From positions 51,150,001-51,214,000 of the forward strand of contig OZ024743.1 of NCBI GenBank assembly GCA_964016885.1: a stretch of DNA of 64,000 nucleotides, given 5' to 3'. Position 1 is the first letter of the stretch; each line of letters begins with the position of its first letter. The notes under the pieces were generated by a model. It searched no databases and was not told where the DNA came from. It saw only the letters and a program-made list of their open reading frames with translations. The position numbers were made by a program, and so were the translations under genes. Origin of the DNA: Eledone cirrhosa. Its lineage: Eukaryota. Below, piece after piece: positions 1-64,000 of this stretch.

Positions 1-2369
1 AGACCTTGTGATAACACGTGTTTTTAACTTTGAAATTGTAACATGGCTTCCGAAAGCAGCGACAACGATTTTGAAGGTTTCACATCCTACGACATTCAAG
101 ATAACAAAGAAACAGAAGATAATATCAGTGATTTATCTTCAAATGAATCAGATATATTTATTTCAGATATATCTGATGATGATGATAGTCACTTTGAAAG
201 TGAAAGCGAAGAGATATCTGACACCATTGAAAAAACACCAACGTGGTTGAAAAAAACAACACCGATACATGTTTCGGATTTTAATGAAAATTCTGGACCA
301 CAACACACATTACCACCCGATGCTAAAGCTCTGGATTATTTTTTTTTATTTCTACCACAAACTTTCTTCGAAGTTGTGGCAGAGGAGACAAATCGCTATG
401 CACAACAACAGATTTCTAATCGAGCAAATCCCGATCTTTTATGGCGTCCGACAGATTCTGCCGAAATGAAAGCGTTTTTTACCATAAACATTATGTTTGG
501 TATTAAACAATTTCCACGACTGTGGAATTATTGGAGTACTGATATAAGGTTTGGTGACCCTTATATATCTAGTATTATGGCCAAAACGAGATTTATAAAA
601 TTAAACCAGTATTTGCATCTGGTTGATACTACAAATGCCCCTGGTAGAAATGAATCGAATTACGACCCACTGTACAAAGTACGACCATTAATTGAAATGT
701 TGACGGAAAAATTTAAAAGTATGTATTTACCTGGAAAAAATCTTAGTGTTGATGAAGCTATGATTGGATATAAGGGTAGGGTTCATTTCAGACAGTATAT
801 GCCAGCTAAACCCACCAAATGGGGCATCAAAGTGTGGGAACTGTGTGAATCGGACACGGGATACTGTGTAAACTTTGATGTTTACACAGGAAAAAAACTT
901 AACGGAGAGAGAAAGCACGGGTTGGGTTACGATGTTGTGTGGTCGCTGACTCAACCCTTCCACTTTCAACACAGACACATTTATTATGACCGTTTTTTTT
1001 CTTCGGTGCTTTTAGCAGAGGATCTTGCCCTTGTAAATACGTACACCTGCGGCACAATAATGAGCAATCGGAAAGGGCTACCCCAAGAAATAAAAGTTGC
1101 AAAACTAAAAAACAGAGGAGACATTCTCCAAATGCAAAAAGAGAACATGTTAGCCACAGTGTTCAAAGACAAACGGCAAATTTTGTTCCTGAGTTCTAAC
1201 CAACAACCAGGTGTTGGGGCTGAGGGTAGACCTTTAGTTAACCTCTCCTACAATAAATATATGGGTGGGGTTGACAAATCCGACCAATATTGCGCGTATT
1301 ACCCAGTTGGACGCCCTGGAAAGAAATGGTGGAGATACATCTTGTGGTTTTTAGTGAATTTAACCATTGTAAATTCTTATATTGTATTTACTAAAAGCCA
1401 CAAGGATCCGCCACCACCAAAGGACTACTGCCACATGAAATTTCGCGTGGACATTGCAACCCAGCTACGTGGGGGATATACTTCTCGCAAACACAAAGCT
1501 GGGAAAAAATCAAAATTAGCAGTGGTCCACAAAGAAAATATTGATTTTCATAAAGTGGAGAGAATTGATGGTAGGAGGAAGGTTTGCCGATTGTGCTCTT
1601 TGCAAAAGAGAAAAACTTAAAGGTTACGCAATCCAAACCCTATTTATGTGTTCCTTTTGCAAAGTGCCCTTATGTAAAGGGTGCTTTGGGCAGTATCACG
1701 ATCGAAATATTGTCTAACAATATTGAAAACACTATTTTAAAAATATATTAGCACACATATACAAAAACACCTGCATTCACCTGTGACACACCTGCATCAC
1801 ACCTGTTAATGAACTTATATATTGGGAACATTCTGTTACGTAATTTTACACCGTACATTGTGTAAGAGTACATTGCCAATATTATTTTGACTGGTGAAAA
1901 GGTTTTATACATTTTTTTCAATGAAAATATTTGCCTGGAATGTAGAGAAAGACTAAAACATTGTACTGATTACACCTGCATTTTTAATTAATTCACCTGT
2001 TCGGAAAACTGCTAGAATTGATGGAAATCAGCATCTAGATCATTATTGGATTTTTTTGCAACAAATCTAACAGGTAAGGCAGATAAAGTTTAAATTTTTG
2101 TGTTTATCCATAAAGTTATTACTTTTACACCTGTTAATTAATTTTACCTGCCCATAAAAGTCAAATTTAACAAAAAAAAAATCAGGTAAAAATATATAAT
2201 TGTAAATTATAGTTCTTTAAACGTCTACTGACAAAATTTCAAGTCTGCACATAGAAAATTAAAGTAATTAGAAACAAATAAAATTGATAACCCTCTTGAG
2301 TATAATTAAGTGAAAATAATGCGAATAGATGAACATGACATTTGACAATTCAATGTGAATGCTAAAGGG
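1..2369 (+). mobile_element. piggyBac DNA transposon (left end outside window)
   Basis: Transposase ORF; right TIR TGAATGCTAAAGGG followed by TTAA (2370-2373); colinear with the copy at 25546-27014. Confidence 0.93.
43..1620 (+). CDS. piggyBac (PGBD-type) transposase, 525 aa; the Cys-rich domain continues in another frame to 1717
   Basis: Acidic N-terminus; DDD motifs LSVDEAMI, YYDRFFSS and GGVDKSDQ; QYMPAKPTKWGIK; KKWWR; ends CRLC then stops. Confidence 0.92.
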   Translation: MASESSDNDFEGFTSYDIQDNKETEDNISDLSSNESDIFISDISDDDDSHFESESEEISDTIEKTPTWLKKTTPIHVSDFNENSGPQHTLPPDAKALDYFFLFLPQTFFEVVAEETNRYAQQQISNRANPDLLWRPTDSAEMKAFFTINIMFGIKQFPRLWNYWSTDIRFGDPYISSIMAKTRFIKLNQYLHLVDTTNAPGRNESNYDPLYKVRPLIEMLTEKFKSMYLPGKNLSVDEAMIGYKGRVHFRQYMPAKPTKWGIKVWELCESDTGYCVNFDVYTGKKLNGERKHGLGYDVVWSLTQPFHFQHRHIYYDRFFSSVLLAEDLALVNTYTCGTIMSNRKGLPQEIKVAKLKNRGDILQMQKENMLATVFKDKRQILFLSSNQQPGVGAEGRPLVNLSYNKYMGGVDKSDQYCAYYPVGRPGKKWWRYILWFLVNLTIVNSYIVFTKSHKDPPPPKDYCHMKFRVDIATQLRGGYTSRKHKAGKKSKLAVVHKENIDFHKVERIDGRRKVCRLCSLQKRKT

Positions 2370-2373
2370 TTAA

Positions 2374-2612
2374 CCCTTTTAATTCCTGCCTGAAATGGCC
2401 ACAACTTCCACAATACAAAGCTACCGATTTTAAAGTATTCATATATATATTAAAAATCTCAAACAAAATTTTTATTCAAGAGTGTTGTGTTATATTATGC
2501 TCCGTATACCAGCTTAATAATGAAAAATTTATATTACTAAATTCTTGAGTTTTTTCTAAATGAATTGAAAATCACAGGAAGTGTCTAGCATTAGGAACTG
2601 GTAACAAAAGGT
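2374..2612. mobile_element. TTAA MITE (family 2)
   Basis: Starts CCCTTTT right after the piggyBac TTAA and ends GGTAACAAAAGG; similar to 25177-25424. Confidence 0.65.
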
Positions 2613-2673
2613 TACAGATGAATGTTGATTCTAGAAACTACTATATTAAGCTTTAAAAGTAGATAAAATATGC

Positions 2674-3235
2674 AAGACTGAGCATAAGAGGAATCAAATG
2701 CTGTGTGCAGGAGAGGAGGTTATGTTGGTATGGACATGTGATGCGTATGAAGGATGACAGCTGCATAAAAAGGTGCAGAGCACTAGAGGTCGCTGGAAGC
2801 CAAGGAGTGGGGAGACCCTGGAACGAGGTGATAAAAGCTGACCTTACCCAATTGCACCTCTCAACGGCAATGACACACGACTATGGCCTCTGGCGTCACA
2901 AAGTAATACAGAAGACCGGACTTCCCACAGGAACAAGCTGAAGCATATAGACAATATGCCCCCACCCCTTCCACTGCAAAGTGGTCGTGGCGGTGTCACA
3001 ACAAAAAAGCACCCAGTCTACACTGTAAAGTGGTCGTGTAGGTGCCACGAAAAAAAAAAAACACCCAGCACTCACTATAAATGAGGTTGGTGTTAGGAAG
3101 GTCATCCAACTGTAGAAATCAAGCCAAAATCAGTTCCCGTATGAGCAAGACAAGGTCAGCTGACCTAACATTGCCCACAACAGGATAAGCCGTCTAACCC
3201 ATACTAGAGTGGACATAAAATGGTGATGATAATGA
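2674..3235 (+). mobile_element. 5'-truncated RTE family A fragment
   Basis: Matches 30890-31465 (ERRLCWYGHVMRMKDDSC plus the 3' region). Confidence 0.88.
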
Positions 3236-4068
3236 TATATAAGACTTTTGCTACAATATGCTAGCGTGGAAGATAGACATTAAATGATGATGATGATGAT
3301 GATGGTATAATCAACATTTATGTGGACACCTCGAATCTGCTGGACTGCTACCTTAGATCTTCATGTAGAGCCAAGGTAAATTCAGTTTCAAAGTCAACTT
3401 CCACCTGGACACTCCTTCAGATCACTCGACCTTTCATCGCTTTTTGCATATACCAATATCCAACAATTCACAAACACTTTTCTTTCACAAACTCATTTAT
3501 ATAATCTTCTTCATTTGATTGTTTACCCTGCTAGCAAGGGTTGGACAGGTTTTCACAGACCAAGTCAGTACTTAAGTAGGTCTACTGGCCTTTCAGATGG
3601 GTTACAGACATGACATTGGCATTAGAGAGGTTGTTGTGTCTTTGACACAATGGAAGAGTGTTCTTAACCCTTTGTTTGACAGGTTTTCTATGGTGTGTGT
3701 GTGTATGTATATGTATTGGGTGCCTGCCAATTCCAACGATGAGTGTTCCAGTTAATTCAATCAACAAAACAGCATACGTGTGATAAGGCTGATGATATAA
3801 CAAACATGGTGATTCCAGTAATAAGAAAACAAGTAAAAAAAAAAATTAAATTAAAACTCCAAAGCCAATTTACTTCCGCTTAAAATCAACACTGTTTAAT
3901 AGGTTAATAGAATGAGCTGGGAGATAAAGACAAACCTAGGTTTGATCAGTTTAGAGAGAAATGGGTAGAAAATCAAAATTAGGTTTGATCAATTTAGATT
4001 GGGGTGAGGGCAGGAAACCAAAGTTTCGTCAGTTTAGATGAGAGGGGGAGAAACATGTCAACATTTAT

Positions 4069-4292
4069 CCCTTTTGTTACCAATTTCAAATGAAAGAAGT
4101 CATATGCTATGATTTTCAAACCATTGTTTAAAATAATGAAGACTTTGGAGGAATTTACTAAGATAACTTTCTTGTTTTTAAGCTGGTGTTTAGAACATCA
4201 TAAAGGTTCTTACATAAAATTACAATGGAAGATAAATAAAGTTTTGTATCATAGAACAATGGGAGATTTCAGATGGTTTGGTATTAAAAGAG
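4069..4292. mobile_element. TTAA MITE (family 2), opposite orientation
   Basis: CCCTTTTGTTACCA...TGGTATTAAAAGAG-TTAA; reverse-complement similarity to 25177-25424. Confidence 0.6.
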
Positions 4293-4514
4293 TTAAGGGA
4301 AATAGTTGGGAAGAGGAGATAAACAAATGTTTGGTCAGTTTAGATGTGATTTGGGAGGGGGAAACCAAGTGATGGTAGATTCAGAGATGAGGATGGGAAA
4401 AAATAAACCTAGATGAGGTCAGTTTAAAGAGAAGAGAGAAACAAAATCAAGTTAGGTCAATTTAAAGAGAGAGGTGTGGTTGGGAACATGTAAAACATTA
4501 ACCCTTTAACTCAC

Positions 4515-59297
<54,783 letters not shown>

Positions 59298-60147
59298 TTT
59301 CTCTTCTCTACAGCGGACTGTGGATGGCACCAGTTTTTCCAGCCGTCCATACGTATCTAGACATATATCACTCATCTCTTACTCCCGTCACTTACTTGGA
59401 TAGTAGTTTCTCTTAAGATAAAACTGCCGAATAAATCACTTTCCTTAACACATATACTTTCTCCATTATTCAGCTACCATGCACTGTTGTATAAAACAGG
59501 GAATTTCTGCTGTGTTCAGTGGCCAATATACGCATATATTCTTCTGGTTCTCAATATGTCAAAGTCTGTGAAGTTATAATAAATATAGTAGTAGTATCAC
59601 TATCTTTCTATCTGTATATTCGATGTCTCCACTGCTCATCTCTGATTGTCTCCATGAACGATAGTTCTACTCGTATACGTAAACGTTTTGAGTTCAATCT
59701 CTGGCTTAAAAAAGAATCCTTAAAGACGTTATAATCTTTGTCTTGGAAAAATCGAGTTAATTTATTGAATTCGTTTGAATAGACTGAAACAATTGACTAA
59801 ATCAGCCATTATGTTAATCCTTCGACTGAGATCACAATAATGTTTGTTGTTTTAAATATGAACAACGTCCTATCTACACAGACTCTTTATTGATAAACAC
59901 AATTAAGTTAATAAGTAATAAATATATATTGAGTAAAAGTTATTTCACCAGTGGCTTGTTGATAAAAAGGAAATAATAAATCAATAGAAATAAATGAGAG
60001 CTTCCTCAATTACAGGCTACAACAGGGTATGCTGGTGTTTCCCTCTAAAAAATACCCCCCCCCCCTGTAGGGGAAAGGAGAGTAATTGTGATGTCCATTA
60101 TTTTATCAAAGGCATTATCCGTATAGATGCAGTAAAATAACTTTCGA

Positions 60148-60656
60148 TAAATTTATTGAAAAGTACCCATTGAGGATCGCTAAGAATTTTTTTTTTTTGT
60201 CTTCTTTCAACTAATCTGACCTCCGACATGCTCGTCGCAATCGATTTTTTTCCCGAAGCTCCCAATTCCATTTTCGAAAAAAAAAAGGTTAGATGTCAGA
60301 TAAGTTGAAAACACACGTTAAACCTAGAGAAAAAATTTAGATTAGTTGAAAACAAAAAAAATTTCTTAGCGATCCCCAGCGGATGCTTTTCTATAAATTT
60401 AAACGGCCGAGAGGTGCTTATCGGTAACTCCGTGGGGCCCCTTCCATCCCCGCCGCCGCTTTCGATTGAAAAAAAACAAAAAACAGAAAAGAAAAAATTT
60501 CCCGAAGAAACTCCGAGCCAACCCCCACCCCGCTTTCGAAATTTAAAAAAAAAGTCGATTGCGAACATGTTGGGGTGTCAGATTAGTTGAAAACACACGT
60601 AAAATCCTAGAAAAGAAAAAATTTGTGAAATTCTGCGAGTACTTTTCTATAAATTG
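60148..60656. repeat. complex inverted/direct repeat (foldback-like) upstream of SMARCC
   Basis: 60148-60252 is reverse-complement similar to 60340-60400 and 60545-60656; GTCAGAT.AGTTGAAAACAC recurs. Confidence 0.6.
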
Positions 60657-60942
60657 ACGTAACTTTCACCGGAGAATCGAAAGTTTCTGCTTATTTTTCA
60701 GTTCTACTCTCAACAATGTTTACTGTTTCTTTCATTAACATAAGACTGCCTAAAGATATAGTCAATTGAATTGACACTGTGGGCATAATTTGGGCTTGTA
60801 TAATCAATGCGACAAACTAAGAACACTTCTGTCACTGTCTTCCTCATTTAACAAATGGTATCACCGTCTGCAGCTATGTCGTCCGGCAAATACTATAAGC
60901 TTCTCTATATTCACAGTTATATAAATAACATTACAAATTTTG

Positions 60943-61338
60943 TTACCATATTGGTTTCTGATTTATGCACAAGACCATCAATTTGGGGGAAGGGAAAAGT
61001 CGATTAAATCGACCCCAGGGCATTATTGGCACTTTATTTTATCGACACTGTAAGGATGAAAAAGCAAATCTAACCTTGGCAGGATTTGAACTCAGATCAT
61101 AAAGAGGTGTAACTCTATGCCATTACCATATTGGTTTCTTATATAGGTACAAGGCCAGTGATTTGGGGGGGGGGAGTCGATTAAATCGACCCAGTGCGTG
61201 ACTGGTAATTTATTTTATCGACCCCGTGAGGATGAAAGGCAAAGTTAACCTCGGCGGGATTTGAACTCAGATCATAAAGGGCCGTAACTCTTTGCTGCAA
61301 AGCATGGCGTTCGACTCTCTACCGATACTGCCAATCCC
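60943..61338 (-). mobile_element. two tandem copies of a second tRNA-SINE family
   Basis: B-box GAGTTCAAATCC and body GCCTTTCATCC...GGTCGATAAAATAA; other copies at about 19475-19635, 20531-20715 and 50130-50250. Confidence 0.75.
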
Positions 61339-62149
61339 CACCCTTAAATGGAACATTAATAAAATAATAAATGCGTGACTATAAACTAATTAGAAAAACT
61401 CTACAAATATTTAAAAACAGAAAAGGAAGGGAAAAGCAAGGGTCACAGAAGAATGGAGGGGAGTGGGCTCTCGGCCTAGGGCTCAGCGGTGTTGGGGCTG
61501 TGCAGACATGACCACAAAAGCATTTCTGCAGTCAATGGCCAGCAACACCCGCCAGAATAGCCACCCCACCTCACGAGGCTCTTTCCTTAGACAGGCTGCT
61601 GACAATCCGATCTTGTGGAGGAGCTCAGTAGTATAGGGTCCAGGTATGAAGTCTCAACAGCAACTGGTGTGAAGAGGAAGCCACCGGACAATTTCCATGG
61701 TATTTGTTTGTCTTCCTTTCCTCTGCAGGCCACAGTACTCGGGTTTGTGGCCAGACATACTTTTAAAAAGCCATCCACAAATTGTACATCCATTTTGGTG
61801 CAGCTTCAACTGCCTGTGTTGTCTGATCTTTATGAACTGTCTCTTTAGACTTCTGAGATTTGCAGATCTTGTGGCATTGATAAAGATTGCTAAGGATGAA
61901 CTTGTAGGTATGTTCTATAGCAAGTAGGAAGTGTCCTACTGTGTGCTCTTATATCATATTGAAGTCCAGACTTTGACAGGCAGATTTTGCCATAAACTAT
62001 CCGTCTAACCTATGCTAGCATGGAAGATAGACGTTAAATGATGATGATGATGATGTTCAAAGAGAAAAAGTTCCATTAATTTCATATTACCATTCTGGCT
62101 GTTTTTTTCCCATTCCCTCTTAACATTGACCTGCATTAACCTGTTTTGC

Positions 62150-63190
62150 TCAAAAGTTTTCACACCGTCCCATATTTTTGAATGGTAGGTAGAGTGATCC
62201 ACTCAAGACTTTCCAGGTTTCTTTTTTTCTTTTAATCAATTCTTACATTCTACTCCTTGAACCTTTTCTTCAGCTTACACTGATTGGTTTTTTTTACCTA
62301 AACAAGTTCCCCATAAAACAATTACTTAGGGGTATGCTCATCAGCCATGTAGACAATATGTCTAGACAACTGCAGTTCATTTTTTCAAAAATATTGTCTG
62401 GATGGATGAAATACCAGGAGCTGCTAGAACATCAGAGTTGGGAGTAAATGGATTCTATTTTATTTTCAGAGTACAGCAAACCATTTTTGATGGAATTATT
62501 TCAGGAGTCTGATGTAATATTTGTAAGATGTCCAATTTTCAGAAGAAAAGATAATACAAAGGATTCATAAACAGATATTTTTGTTTCATTGCTGAAAGTC
62601 TTTGTGGCCAAACCCAACTACCAAAAGGTTTTACTGTCTTTTGAATTCCTAAAGATATTTCTAAATCCAATGTCCCATCTTTATTCACTGCACTCCCCAA
62701 AATTCGACCTTCCACATATATTTTATGTTGCTGAACAAGTTGACTAGTTGTGGGTTGACACATAACTACCATTTTCTTTAAATTTATAGTCAAACCAAAG
62801 ATATCACATAAGGAATGAAATGCAGAAATCAACAAGGTGACTTGCATAAACTAAGTCACTGTAGCATAAATGTAGGTCACAGTTACATAAGTAGGTCTCT
62901 TATTAGTGAGGTGAATACTTTGTTCTTTCATCCTTGCTAAATTAAACACATTTCCTGTGGTATGATGTCTTACATATGTCCCCTTCATAGTTGGTTTGGA
63001 AAGCATGGCAACAAATTATATTGCAGAGAGAGTAGGTGCAAAAGTCTCAGAGAGTGTGCCTCCAAAGTTACCTCTGACTTTCATGTCTTTATGAAAAGCT
63101 TTCAATATATCTAGAAACTTGTGAGGGCATCCAAATTTAGACAAAACCAGCCACAAGGCTATTAACAGTATGAAATGCTTTACCAACAAA
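62150..63190 (-). mobile_element. degenerate RTE of a different subfamily (BovB-like)
   Basis: LWLVLSKFGCPHKFLDILKAFHKDM, FGLTINLKK, ILGSAVNKDGTLDLEIS. Confidence 0.65.
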
Positions 63191-63439
63191 ACAATGGTAG
63201 AGAGGAAGGTTCTGTTCAATTCCTTTTTCTTTGTCTGATTGTGAAGATAAATAACAATATGCTATAGATTTCAGTCAACCCTATAAGTGAGAGATTACTG
63301 ACAGTACAGTTCTGTTAAGGAGACCCCCAGCAATCAGAGATCTGCTATTATATACAATAAAATAATGATATACAATATATATAAAATATAGTAAAGTAAA
63401 GGATAAAAAAATATATATTTACAATTTTTCATGTAGCAC

Positions 63440-63988
63440 AACAAAAAGTAACCAGTCCACCCTGTAGAGTGGTTGTTCTGGTAACACAACAAAAAGTACC
63501 CAGTCCACCCTGTAGAATGATTGTTCTGATACCATGACAAAAAGTACACAGTCCACCCTGTAGAGTGGTTCTTCTGGTAACACAACAAAAAGTACCCAGT
63601 CCACTCTGTAGAATGATTGTTCTGATACCATGACAAAAAGTACCCAGTCCACCCTGTAGAGTGGTTCTTCTGGTAACACAACAAAAAGTACCCAGTCCAC
63701 CTTATAGAGCAGTCATTTTGGTTCTATGACAAAAAGCACCCAGTCTGCACCATAAAGTGGTCGTGTTGATGTCACGATAAAAAACACCCAGTCTGCACTG
63801 TAGAGCAGGGCAGTCATGTTGGTGTCACGATAAAAAGCACCCAGTCTGCACCGTAGAGCAGTCGTGTTGGTGTCATGATGAAAAACATCCAGTCCACACT
63901 GTAGAACAGTCGTGTTGGTGTCATGATAAAAAATATCCAGTCTGTACTGTAGAACAGTCGAGTTGATGTCACGATAGAAAACATCCAT
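63440..63988. repeat. 48-bp minisatellite, about 11-12 copies
   Basis: Unit AAAAAG(T/C)ACCCAGTCCACNCTGTAGAGTGGT...; first copies alternate in an A/B pattern. Confidence 0.9.
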
Positions 63989-64000
63989 TTTAAACTTAAA

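Noticed and set aside
3320-3535. Possible further SMARCC exon on the minus strand after a TAGCAG acceptor
   Set aside because: The frame I read has several stops and no SMARCC similarity; the remaining exons probably lie beyond the window.
59298-59375. N-terminal extension of SMARCC suggested by ORF 59019-59375
   Set aside because: It starts at a non-ATG codon; homology begins at MALQRKK, which has a good Kozak context.

Overview
Eukaryotic, AT-rich genomic DNA. Its repeat complement (RTE LINEs, (GAT)n-tailed tRNA-derived SINEs) resembles coleoid cephalopod/octopus DNA, which is an inference. One host gene spans most of the window on the minus strand: a SMARCC1/2 (BAF155/BAF170, moira) SWI/SNF subunit. 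I traced 17 GT-AG exons by hand from the ATG at 59297 to 4515 (2275 nt, 758 codons, consistent phases); the 3' end lies left of the window. The introns hold a piggyBac with an intact DDD triad but a frameshifted Cys-rich domain, an internally deleted copy, TTAA MITEs, a 13.7-kb 38-bp minisatellite with higher-order structure, many RTE LINE copies with a PHD-type finger inside the RT, modular SINEs and Helitron-like elements. The most notable signal is in intron 2: three apparently identical type I hammerhead ribozyme motifs spaced exactly 310 bp apart in a tandem array with an inverted 98-bp 5' arm, a retrozyme or Penelope pseudo-LTR architecture. Two further hammerhead-like cores lie nearby. 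All calls are by eye; no searches or folding were run.
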